64,000 nt of DNA from Octopus vulgaris. Its lineage: Eukaryota. Both the position numbers and the translations under genes were made by a program. Below are positions 38,491 through 51,060 of the stretch, one piece after another. Below the pieces are notes generated by a model, which saw only the letters and a program-made list of their open reading frames with translations, searched no databases and was not told where the DNA came from. Positions within the stretch are counted from its first letter, which is position 1. Each line of letters opens with the position of its first letter. The DNA lies in contig OX597815.1 in assembly GCA_951406725.2 (NCBI GenBank), forward strand, positions 29,264,001 through 29,328,000, in the 5' to 3' direction.

Positions 38491-39871
38491 ATGAAAATAA
38501 AAGTATTTTTTTTTATGGATATATATATGTAACTCATACATACATGAACATGTAAGGGCGATGGGTTGGGAGAATTGTTAAAAGTGTCAGACAAAATGCC
38601 TTGTAATATTTGTTCTGACTTTTTGCTGAGCCCGAATTCTTTGGAGATCCACTTAACTTTTCATTCTTTTCTTTTCTTTTCTTTTTTTTTTTTAGGTGGG
38701 TGGTCTATAAATTCCTAATCATGTATCAAGGTTAATTTAAGCGATTTTCAATCTATATCAACCTGCAATGAGCTAGCATGGTACAGTAGATCCCAAATCT
38801 CTGCTCAACCATTGGGCTCTGACGACTAGTCGGAGTATACTACTATCACATATTGTCTATCTGCAATAAACTTTATTACTGCCAATACACACACTCACTC
38901 ACACACACACATCCTATCATTCACATACATGCACCACTTTCTCTAAAATTAAACCCCTGTTAAAAATAGGATCAGGAAAAGAAATTGTTAACAAATATCT
39001 GATTTTAGAAAAAAAGATGTCTCTTTCTTTGCTAAAGAGAAGTTGTGAAAAGTCAACTCTATTTTTACACTCCTGTCTGAGCTTTATGTTGACAAGTTTA
39101 TTGTTACAGCAATAAATTGCAAGTTAGATTATTCTTACACTGTTGAGTTTATGGGAATAGGAAGTTGCAGTTTAAGTCTCTTTGAATTCCTGACATCGTT
39201 GTCATCATCATCACGATGTCTCATTTCCATACTGGTAGCAGTTGAATATGACTCAATTCTTCTGTTACTACTCTCCTAGACAGGTCCAGGACCACATCTT
39301 GAAATTTTTTGCATGGTTTCTATGGCTGAATGTCCTTTCTATCGCTAACAACTGCATTTCCAAGACTCACAAGAATAAACTCCAGAATCATCATCATCAT
39401 CGTTTAACGTCCGTTCTCCATGCTAGCATGGGTTGGACGGTTCGACTGGGGATCTGGGAAGCCAGAAGGCTGCACCAGGCTCCTGTCTTATCTGGCAATG
39501 TTTCTACAGCTGGATGCCCTTTCTAACGCCAACCACTCCGTGAGTGTAGTGGGTGCTTTTTACGTGCCACCTGCACAGGTGCCAGGCGAGGCTGGCAACA
39601 GCCACGGTCGGATTGGTGCATTTTACGTGCCACCGGTACGGAAGCCAGTCGAGGTGGCGCTGGCTATTCAATGCTCTCTTTTTTTATTGCCAATTTTCTT
39701 GCTGATACACGCACCTACATATGGGTACAATTTAGGCTAGAGATGACCTTTCAGCCTTGTCACAGCTTCTTTAGTACTGGTGTTGTAACAAAATACATCT
39801 AATACATCCTGTAAAGTGGTTGTTGACGGGAAGTACATCCATCTGTAGAAAAACTATATAAAAATAAAATA

Positions 39872-40159
39872 TGTATTTCTTTACTACTCACAAGGCGCTA
39901 AACGCAGAGGGGACAAACAAAGAAGACAGACAAACGGATTAAGTCGATTACATCGACTCCAGTGCGTAACTGGTACTTAATTTATCAACCCCGAAAGGAT
40001 GAAAGGCAAAGTCGACCTCGACGGAATTTGAACTCAGAACGTAACAGCAGACGAAATACTGCTATGCATTTCGCCTGGCGTGCTAACGTGAAATGCATAG
40101 CTGTATTTCGTCTGCTGTTACATTCTGAGTTCAAATTCCGCCGAGGTCGACTTTGCCTT
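39872..40159 (-). mobile_element. SINE family B with inverted (fold-back) duplication of its 5' part
   Basis: 40088-40159 is the reverse complement of 40003-40074. Confidence 0.9.
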
Positions 40160-40959
40160 GAGTTCCTCCACCCTAAGAACTCCACATATGTATTGACTTG
40201 GATTATGATAATCTGTTCAACCCATGTTAGCAAGAAAGTGAACATTAAAAAAAAATATTTAATTTTCGCTTTGTGAGGTTAAAGAAATTTTAAGACTAAC
40301 AATATTTATTGATGCTGAGAATTTCAGTATTAACAGGAAAATCAGATTTATGAAGGTAGGAGTGACTGGAATTTCAAATTATAACCAACAGCTTATTCAA
40401 AGAGACTAGTTGAATAAGCTGTCAGGTGTAACTTGGAAGTTCTAGTCAATATTGATTTTGTGTGTGTGTGTGAGAGAGAGAGAGATTGAAGCCAGAACTA
40501 TTTATTTTGGTTGTGAAGCAAACTTCTTAACCACATACCTACATCTGCACTTGTAAAGGACTATTTGGTGGAGATAGTATTTAGATCTGAGTAATAAACA
40601 TACCACCACCACCACCACCATCATCATCATCATTGTTTTAATGCCCACCTTTCCGTGCTTGCATGTGTCAAATGTAATTCATTAAAGCAAATTTTCTGTG
40701 GCTGGATATACGCTTCCTATTGCCAGCCCTCATTTCTTTCTAAGCAGAGAAGTTACCACATGACTGGACATGTTTCCATGGAAATGAATGGCACCATTTC
40801 GTTACACATATCATGCAGTGTCAAGACAAGGAGGCACACACACACACACACAGACACACATACATATGACCGGCTTTCAGTTTCTGACCTCCCAAATTCA
40901 CACAATGCTTCAGTCAGCCTGAACCTATAGTAAAAGATGCTTGCCTAAGGCACCACACA

Positions 40960-42050
40960 TCATCATCATCTTCATCATCATTTAATGTCCATTGTCTATG
41001 CTAGCATGGGTTGGATGGGGTGACCAGAGCTAGCAAGCTGGGAAGGGGCTGCACCAGACTCCAGTCTGATTTGGCATGGTTTCTACAGTTGGATGCCCTT
41101 CCTAATGCCAATAATTTTACATTCTGTGCTGGATGCTTTTGCATGGCACCACATGGGCGTTTTTATGTGTTGCTGCACAAGCACTTGTCGCCTCAACGGC
41201 ACTTTTATATGACACTACTATGGGTGCTTTACACAACCAGAAAGGTCAGTCTTAAAACTTCTGCCACGGGGTATGAGTCTTCTTGAGTATGACTAGGCAC
41301 CAGGTATCTTGGTCCTTTGTCATCTCATCTGAAAGGTTCAGCTTTCTGAGGTTGTTCTTCAGTACTTCGTCCCATGTCTTCCTGGGTCTCCCACCTCCAT
41401 GTGTTCCATCCTTTTTGAGAGATTGACTCTTCTTAATGGAACTGTCGACATCCATCCGCATCACATGCTCAAACAAACACTGTCTTCTCTCTTGCATACC
41501 ACAACAAATTCCTCTTATGCCTAATTTCTCTCAGAACACTAGCACTCTGTTGAACTTGTACACTTATATTACATATCCATACTAGCCTCATTCCTTTCTC
41601 ACCTTTGCATATCCTCTGCATTCATGCCCCATATCTCACTACCATGTTGAATTGCTGTCCATATACATGCATCATATAATCTTCCTTTGGTCCCTTAGGT
41701 AGCAGAAATTATCTATTACTTCTAATGAACCACCAGGGCATTTCAAGAATCAATTTCCCAAATCTCTAAAGTTTTTAAGGGTCCTGTGCATCTTCCATAT
41801 AAGGAAACAATCTTCTCTGATAACCTTCCAATTAACCCATGTGTCCATAGCTTGCACTGGGTACACTGTATGGAGTTCCTACCCACACTTTTCCTACAAA
41901 TTGAACAGAGCCACCTACCTGAGCAAGGTAGGATCCTGTCAGTTTTCTTGCTTACTAGGACTAATCTTTAGGCCCTTAGATTCCAGGTTTTGCTTCCCCA
42001 TCTCAAATTTTTTGTCTAGCTCTGATATGGAATCTGCTATGAAGGCCCAC
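40960..42050 (-). mobile_element. Decayed RTE LINE fragment (antisense in intron 1)
   Basis: KQNLESKGLKISPSKQE, WLCSICRKSVGRNSIQCTQCKLWTH, EHVMRMD, GRPRKTWDEV; (ATG)n tail. Confidence 0.85.
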
Positions 42051-42608
42051 ACAATTGGACTGAAACTAAAACTACATGGTTGGGGAGCAGATTTCTTAAA
42101 GGAATTAATTACCAGACCCCTCACTTGAATCTTTTTTTCTTCTTTTTGCAATGTAGTAATTTGAAAATATTGTTTTAGTTTTGTACATTAAATCACACTT
42201 TTTTGTTTACTTTATTTTGAGAACCCCTAAGTGTGTATCATCTGTACTATTTCACTGCAATTGTTAAATAACTTTATTCAAATTGGCTAAGTGAGCTTGT
42301 GTCCAGTGTATTGTGTGAAATGTGACAGGACATGTACTACTTTTGATATCTATACGATTAAAAGCTGCAATAGAGATTAAACTGTAATAAAATAGACTTG
42401 ATGTGACAGCATTAAAACCCTCACAGGGATTGACAGTTAAATTGTAGGTCAAGTTGTGGTAACAATGTCAACTGAAAATATGTTTACTTTCACAAATATA
42501 ACACATGAGGATGCAGCAGTTTTGTGTAGGTAATTTAAACCTTTAGTTGTTTAGGCTATGTGACTTGGAGAAGGTAGCTGTATATTTGTGCATGTCTATG
42601 AATTTTAG

Positions 42609-43140
42609 TGGAGGCACATGGTCTAGTGGTTAGAGCAGCGGACTCGTGATCATGGGTTCGAATCTCAGACTGGGCGATCTGTGTGTTTATGAGCAAAATA
42701 CCTAAGCTCCAAGCAGCTCTGGCAGAAGGTAATGACGAACTTCTGTTGACTCTTTCGCCACGACTTTCTCTCACTCTTTCCTCCGGCATCTTGCAGCTCA
42801 CCTGCGACGGACCAGCGTCCCGTCCAGGTGGGGAACCTATACGCCAAGAAACCGGGAAACCGGCCCTTATGATCCAGGCATGGCTCGAGAAGGAACAAAC
42901 AAACAAAAAACAACTCATGATCGTGGGTTGAGCGAAACACCTAAGCTCCATGCAGCTCCGGCAGAAGGTAATGATGAACTTCTGTTGACTCTTTCATCAC
43001 AACTTTCTCTCACTCTTTCCTCCTGCATCTTGCAGCTCACCTGCGACGAACCTGCGTCCCGTCCAGGTGGGGAACCTATACACCAAGGAAACCGGGAAAC
43101 CAGCCTTAATGAGCCAGGCATGGCTCGAGAAGAAACAAAC
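42609..43140 (+). mobile_element. Third tRNA-derived SINE family, tandem pair
   Basis: A box tggtctagtggttag, B box ggttcgaatc, (AAAC)n tail; second copy from ~42913 lacks most of the head. Confidence 0.85.
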
Positions 43141-43159
43141 ATATGAATTTTAGGTTTTA

Positions 43160-44860
43160 ATAATTTTGTACCTGGCTTTCGTTGACATGGAGAAAATCCT
43201 TGACAGGGTCCCTTCATCCCTTATCTGGTGGTCAATGAGGAAACTAGGGATAGATGAATGGTTAGTGAGAGCTGTGCAAGCCATGTACAGGGAAGCTGTC
43301 AGTAAGGTGAGGGTTGGCAACGAGTAAAGTGAAGAATTCCGGGTAGAGGTAGGGGTCCAAGTTTTAGTCCTCCAGGCAATAACAGAGGAATTCAAGACAG
43401 GATGCCCCTGGGAGCTCCTCTATGCTGATGACCTTGCTCTAATTGCTGAGTCACTATCAGAACTAGACGAGAAGTATCAAGTGTGGAAACAAGGATTAGA
43501 ATCGAATGGCTTTAGAGTCAACCTAGCTGAAACCAAAGTCCTAATAAGTAGGAAGGCAGGCAAACCACAAATCCCTTCAAGTAGATGGCCCTGCTCGATC
43601 TGTAGAAAAGGCATAGGTAAAAACTCTATAAGATGTACCCAGTGTAAGCTATGGACACATAAGAGCTGCAGCAATATCAAAGGAAAGCTAAGTGGGAAGA
43701 TAGTTTTTGTATGTGGCAGATGCTCAGGAGTAATAAATACTGAAAATGTGCAGAAAACAACTTCTGCCACATTCTGGGGGAGAAAAACTAGAAATAGTTG
43801 ATAGCTTCCGTTACCTAGGTGACCAAGTCAGTAGCTGAGGAGTGTAGCTGCTAGAATCAGAATAGCCTGGGAAAAGTTCAGAGAGCTCTTACCTCTGCTG
43901 GTGACAAAGAGCCTCTCACTCAGAGTAAAAGCTAGACTGTATGACGCATATCTACATGGCAGTGAAACTTGGGCTGTGACTGCTGAGGACATGCGTAAGC
44001 TCGCAAGGAATGAAGGCAGTATGCTCCGATGGATGTGTAATGTCAGTGTGCATACTCGACAGAATATAAGTACCTTGAGAGAAAAGTTGGACCTAAGAAG
44101 CATCAGATGTGGTGTGCAAGAGAGACGACTGCGTTGGTATGGTCATGTGGTGAGAATGGATGATGATAGCTGTGTGAAATAGCAGTTGAGGGAACTTGTG
44201 GAAGAGGTAGACCTGGGATGAAGTGCTGAAGCACGACCTTCGAACATTAGGCCTCACCGAGGCAATGACTAGTGAGCGAGACCTTTGGAAATATGCTGTG
44301 CTTGAGAAGACCTGGCAAACCAAGTGAGACCATAACTTTGTGGCTTATGCCAGGGGTGTAACCAGCCCACTTATGCATACCTTTCCTTCATTGGACACTA
44401 AACTCTGCTTGCGAAGACCTGTTCAGGCAAGCGAAATCGAAATCAAATTTGATGACTGGCATCTTTGCTAGTGGAGTGCTAAGAGCACCATCCGAGTGTG
44501 ATTATTGCCAGAGCATGTCAGTGGCATGTAAAAAGCACCATTCGAGCATGATCATCACCAGCATTGCCTTAGTGGCACGTGAAAAAACATTTGAGCGAGG
44601 TCGTTGTCAGTGCCGCTGGACAGGTGGCATGTAAAAAACAGCATATGAGCGTGGCCGTTGTCAGTGCCACCTGACTGGCCCTCGTGCCGGTGGCATGTAA
44701 AAGCACCCACTACACTCTCAGAGTGGTTGGCATTAGGAAGGGCGTCCAGCTGTAGAAACTGCCAGATCAGATTGGAGCTTGGTGCAGCCATCTGGTCCAC
44801 CAGTCCTCTGTCAAATCGTCCAACTCATGCTAGCTTGGAAAGAGGATGTTAAACGATGAC
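43160..44860 (+). mobile_element. 5'-truncated RTE-clade LINE (RT, PHD insert, 3' UTR)
   Basis: LAFVDMEK..DRVP, ELLYADDLAL, GFRVNLAETKV, IVDSFRYLG, HGSETW, RRLRWYGHVVRM; in-frame stops; repeat-containing 3' UTR. Confidence 0.92.
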
Positions 44861-45782
44861 TGTAATAGTTGAGTGTCCTTCAGATTTTAAATCACTTAAC
44901 ACTGGTCATAAATGGTAGTTTGCTACTTGCACAGCTATGTGTTTTAATAATACTAGAAGTAACTGAAATGGCTCTGGATTAAGTTTTATTTAACTTTTCT
45001 TCTGTAAATTAGTAATTTTAATTTGATATTTTAATATAAAGCAGAACATATTACGTATAAAGCAATTGTTTATGTCTGCATTAAATAACTGTTTGTTTAC
45101 AATAATAAAATAAAATATATAGTGCATAGATTTTGTTCAAAAAATGTCCACATTATTTATATTCTTTTATTATATTTATACCATGTAAGGCTTCAAGCTG
45201 GCAGGATCGTTAGCACACTAGGCAAAATGTGTAGCAGTATTTTATTGCTCTTTACATTCTGAGTTCAAATTCCACTGAGGTCAACTATGCTTTTCATCCT
45301 TTTGGGGGTCAATTTAATCAACTTACTCCTTTTCCGAAATTGCTGGCCTTGTGCCAAAATTTGAAACCATTATATTTACATCATGTTAAATGTTTTTGTT
45401 TGTTGCTACATACGTTGGATTTATGAAGTACTTAATATCATCTAATTAATTAATATTGCATTGCATTTTCTGCTAACTGGTTGATAGATTGTGAATATCA
45501 TTGGTATTCCTTCTGTTAGTCAATTAATGCTGGAATGCTACTGAGTTAATTGCGACGGCTGTTGAGATCCCTACTATTTGATGTTTGTATATAATATATA
45601 TTTTACTTGCTAGAAAATGTATGTATTATAAAACAGTTATTTTCCTTCAATTCAAAATTTGTTAGCAGACTTGAATAGTAACAAATATATTCTTAATATA
45701 TAATTTTAGCAATTTATTTAATCTTTCAATTTCTGATGAAGTCAAATGAATAAAATTGCCTTTTTTTTTTCCTCTTTTCTAG

Positions 45783-46002
45783 ACAAGAATGCAAGCATTA
45801 AGGCCTGATCCACAAGCTCGATACAAAGGTGTCGTCGATGGCTTGTACAAAATGTTACACTTAGAAGGCTTCCGAAATACAGTCCGGGGAATAAGTGCAG
45901 TTGTTGGTGGTGCTGGTCCAGCCCATGCTATGTATTTTGGCTGTTATGAACATATAAAATGGAAGATGATGAAGAGTGGTGGTAACCAGCAGCTGGCAAA
46001 TG
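45783..46002 (+). CDS. SLC25A37: Mitoferrin coding exon 2
   Basis: Polypyrimidine tract + TAG acceptor (AG 45781-82). TRMQALRPDPQARY...GAGPAHAMYFGCYE...LAN. Donor G|GTAGAA at 46003, phase 1. Confidence 0.95.
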
Positions 46003-48165
46003 GTAGAAAATTTTCACCTTTTATCAATTTTAATTTGCTAGTTACAAAATTTGTATGCTAAAAACCCAGTCGTAGTTTTGTTTTTGTAAGCTAAACTTTT
46101 CCTTTATGCACACACATGTATACATACACTTCTTAAATGATATTTTTAGAAGTAATGTGATTTTGAGGCCGGTAGACAGTTTTATATTTTAAGAACTAGT
46201 ATAATAATTAATGGAATTTTTCTAAATGAAAAATGAGTAAAAAGTCGGTGACAGCCAATAGTCTCTAGATATATATGTATTCTAAATCTTTTATAGTATT
46301 TTAAGCACTAAGTAAAATCTGCTTAAAATTCTCTATATGTTTTGATTAGAAGCAAAATATATATATATACATAAAATAATTGTTTATATGCTTGTATTAA
46401 ATAACCACTTGTGATAGTATATCATTTTATTTACTTCAAAATGATAAGCTCTAAATTTCATTTATTTCTTTATATTTTAATTGCATAATTTTTGTGCTGA
46501 ATTACTTAGGATTGAGTTGAATTCACGTAGCAATTATATAATAATTTGTTAAGCAAGCAAGATTGTGTTAAGCAAATAAGATTGTGTTTTTGCCTTGAAC
46601 ACAATGCAACATCTTGTAGCAGAACATACTCATGTGGTGAGAACAAGATATCCAATGTCTTATCGACTTAGTTGCTGTACCCTACATAACAATCAAATAA
46701 TATTGTAATAGTATCCATTGAAGCATTGTTCTTTCGTTGCTACTCAAAAAGACTTTGATTTGAAATTAGATTGAAATTTTTTAAACTACAGCTTTCTATA
46801 CACATTTTGTTGAAACCCAATACAATCTATTATTTATAATTGTTTCAAGATTAACCTTTACTTCTGTATATTTTTGGAGCATATGTTACAGGTGTTTAGT
46901 TCATGTCAAATCATTTTAGTTAGTATCTAGTTAGATAAATAGCTTTGCGAAATCAGATTGGGTGGTTGGCAGAATTGTTAGAGCATTGAATAAAATGCCG
47001 TGCAGCATTTGTTCTGGCTCTTTATTTTCTTAGTTCAAATTGCTCTGTGGTCACCTTTGCCTTTCATCCTTCCTTGTGTTGATAACACAGGGCAGTAATT
47101 TTGAATATGGTTTCTGTTGAGTTTGCTTTTTCACTTGATTTAGACTAAAATTGGCATGCTGATTTCAAATCTACAGTCAGTTTTCGTCTATCTACAGCTT
47201 ACTCTCTGAATAAGCACAAATTGTATTGTTCATGTGTAAGTGTTAGGGCTGGTCAGCTTGTTTCATTGTTTGCAAGGATTTAAGTATCAACGGCAAAAAA
47301 AATTTTGTAATTTAAATTTTTAACCCTCACCTTGCACCAAGTGTGTCTGTATGTGTGTAAGAAAGAAACATATATCAACAGAAAAGCATGCTATTAAAAT
47401 AAATTATCTTTTACATACCTTTTTAAAATCACTCTGTTGCCATAATAAAATTCCTTACACACATACAAATACACAATGGACTTCCATACATTATCTGTCT
47501 ACCAAATTTACTCACATGGCATTGGTAGGACTAGAGCTATAGTAGAAGACACTTAGGGTACAGTTTGACTGAACCTGAAACTATGTGGTTGTAAAGCGAG
47601 CTTCTTAATTACACAGTACTGTCTGCACCTTTGCTAGTAAATAAAGAAAAGAAAACCTCTAAAGAAACTGGTAGTGGTCTGTATCAGTAAAAATTACACC
47701 AACAAAACTCATGAGTTTGGATAAATTTATATGGCATGAGGAGTAGAGGTTTCCTTCAGGACTGACTCTTCATTTGAGAGAAAAGATTTTTTTGGTTGAA
47801 AATTATTTTTTGAATGAAAGGTTAGTACCAAAATGTCATTCTTTTTTCTCCCATGTGATATGAATCTCTGTGCTAGTGTAGATACTTAATGGTGCATTTT
47901 GAATGACACCTGGTTGGTAGTTGGCAATAAATAATGGCTAACGTAAAGGTAATAAGAAGGACTAAATAGATAAATCAAGCCATAGAAATGTAAGTTTACA
48001 AACTTGGTGTTAGAACAAATGGTGATTTCATGCCAGGAACATTGATAGAAAACATTGCTATTGAATTTCACAAATGTTATATTTAGTTTGTAAACTTGTT
48101 CTGTGTCATTTTCCAACACAAAATTAGTTTTGATAAGCAGAAACAAGCTAGCATATTTTCCTTAA

Positions 48166-48386
48166 CCCTTTCGTTACTGAATTTATTTTGAGATGCTCAG
48201 TGTTTCTTCCAATTATGTTAAATATAACAAAGAATTAAGTAAAATAACATCGTTATCATTAAGCTAGAGTTAGGGACATAAATTGTGACTAAGGTTTCGT
48301 GGAAGGTTTTAATTCAGAACTTTTGAAAACCAGACATTTGTACTAAAGAGCCAGAGCCGGTTTCAGCCGGGTTGGTAACGAAAGGG
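48166..48386. mobile_element. piggyBac-type MITE
   Basis: TTAA TSD both sides; perfect 12-bp TIR CCCTTTCGTTAC / GTAACGAAAGGG. Partial relative at 4172-4250. Confidence 0.9.
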
Positions 48387-51003
48387 TTAATTATTCATCA
48401 CACAACGTATTGTTACTAGACTTCTTTTATTTCTGTGCTGGTAAAATCAAAATACAAACAACTTATTTTAAAAATTATATTATACTTGAATTGTCAGCTT
48501 GGTAGCTATTTTGATTATCTATTGTCACTCCTGCTAGTCTCTCTTATTAAAAAGTAGATTGTCATTCACCTAGAGCGAGATTTAATAAAACATTCAGTTA
48601 GGAAACAAAGCTATCAAGATTATACTGCAGTATAATATGGGTTATGTAATTTCTGGACTATGAGAGTAAATTAACAAAGCTTATGCACTATCAAATGTTA
48701 TACTAGCTGCTAGTGTAATATGTACATGTATTTTTCATAGAAGAAAACTAATGAAGATAAGCCTTCTGTTATTTAACTATAAGGTTAGCCTCGAGTAATA
48801 ACATCTATAATCAAAAACATTCTGGTTGTGAGCATTCAGTTATTTGTGTTGCCAGGACTACATTGTGCAACGTATCTTTCCATTTTTATTTAACTGGCAA
48901 GATGTCATTCAAAGCAAATTTGGCTGCTATTTCTATCTGGTGTGTTTACTCACTAGCTTTAAATATTATCTCTTTGATGTTTATGGTCTCCAAAAACTGC
49001 TCATCCTGCAGTAGCCATCTACTCTGTGGCCTGTCAAACACACTAACTTTGATTTTTCTGCTTAAGTATTTGGAATAGTCACTGTCTCAGTGTTTCAGCA
49101 TGTTTTACACACTATATACAATTATATATTCTAAAACAAATGGAAAAGAATTTGTTCATGAATTAAAACCAGAAATATCAAGTGAGATGATTTATGCTGC
49201 AAGTATAATGATTCACTTGAGGAAGAAAAGATATTTGTCAAATTTCTTCTATTATGTCAATATATTATATTAATCCTGTCATGCTGTGTTCCCTCTATAG
49301 CAGGAATAGCATAGATGTCTCTGCCAGATTCCAGTTAAAGCAGTAATGAACATGTAGAAAAAGATAAAATACCTAAGTCAGACAACCGATCATGTTGCAT
49401 CTTTGTAGTCAAGTGAAGTCGTTTATGACTCATTGTTAATGGTGTCACCCATAGCTGTTGTTTACTGTTGTTTTTAATCAGAAAGAAAAAAAACAAAACA
49501 ATTTTGCAATAAAACGAGCATGTGACGAACCTAGTTCTTCATATGAGCAAGGCCTAGATTCTCTGTAGTTGAGGAAATTATTGGTGCTATTTATTCTTCA
49601 GATGATGAGTTTACACTTATGCTGCCAGTGAGAGTGATTTGGACAATCAAACTGATGAAAGTAGCGATTCGGGTGAACAATATAGGCCTGTTATTGCTAT
49701 TTTCTTTGAGTTCTTTTTGTGATTCTGTCCATTAATTTGCCAGCAATTGTTACTCTTTGAACTGTATATGTAGCTATTAGCTATTAATTTATTTGCTCAG
49801 GAGTCTGAGTGGAGAGTAAAGTTAGACTCAAGGGCTCAGGCCTGAGAACATTAATATTTCTCATATTTAAAAAAAATACTGCACAGGCCAAAATGTTAAA
49901 ATATATTATCATCTGAATGAGAAAAAAACATCCCATTTTAGAAAAGTGCAATAATTTCAATGATGTGCATTTCTATAAAAATAAAATTTTCATAATTTTA
50001 CTGTTATTTAATATATAATACATCTACAATAGTACAAGTTATTAATACGGGGATTTTGTTTATTATTGTGTGTGTTGCCTATGTTTCGATGAAGTATAAA
50101 TTTTAAAGAGTGGATATTTCTTCTAGCATTAGTTTTAGTTTTTTACTAGACAGAAAGTGTTCTTCAATTTCAATTAACTATGCCTAAAACTTGGCACCGT
50201 CTAATATTTATTGATATATTGTTCTTCTCTTGTTAATTGATTTTAAATATTTAGTTCAAAGTATTATTTTGTATTGATTTTAATGCAAAAATTTTCTCAT
50301 CTTCATTTGCACACCAGTCACACTTTGCACTGATATAGTTTTAATTTAAATAATTTACTAGATTTGGAAAATTAAAAACAGAATAAATAGTATGATGAAG
50401 ACATTTATTGTTTTTGATAAATAATTCAACATTAATCTTGAAGAATAAGAGAAATCATCCACTTTTCAGAAAAAAGCAATAATTTCAGGGATATGTATTT
50501 TTATAGAAAAGAAAATTTCCATAATTTTAATGTTATTGCAGAAAATATATCTACAATAATATAATTCTTTCCTTGTTTATCCAATGCACCATACCAGTTT
50601 ATAAATGGAATCATACATTGGCTAATTCTAGATACACTGTCAACAAATAAAGACATGATGGTCTTGGCTGGAATGCCCTTCAATCATTTGTTCTTTCAAA
50701 CATGGGATTGGATATCATCAACAACAGCAGGAAGACAAATTTTGATATTTCTATTTTTTTATTTTATTTTTGTACTGAAAACCATTTCTTGTAAAACCTA
50801 AATACATAATTAATTCCATTGTAATCTTGACAGTAAATATAATGGAATTGATTGTCAAGGTTATGCAATAAAATTCTCTTTTTAATTTCTTAACGGGCAT
50901 TGGGTGATACTTGAAAAGGTTCAGGCTTTGAATTTGTTATATTGCATCCTAAGATGTCATTTTCCTATTTTTAATTTTAATCATATTTCATTTTACTCTT
51001 CAG

Positions 51004-51060
51004 CTTTTGCCGCTTGTGGAGCAACTCTTCTGCATGATGCTGTAATGAATCCAGCTGATG
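51004..51060 (+). CDS. SLC25A37: Mitoferrin coding exon 3 (57 nt)
   Basis: Acceptor ctcttCAG. (A)FAACGATLLHDAVMNPAD. Donor G|GTGAGC at 51061. Phase 1-1 fits both neighbours. Confidence 0.95.

Noticed and set aside
42609-42680. tRNA-like A/B boxes here and at other SINE heads as tRNA genes
   Set aside because: No complete cloverleaf; each continues into a SINE body.
49270-49855. Acidic SDDE-like stretch as a piggyBac transposase N-terminus
   Set aside because: Termini too decayed to show TIRs or TTAA duplications; not supportable.
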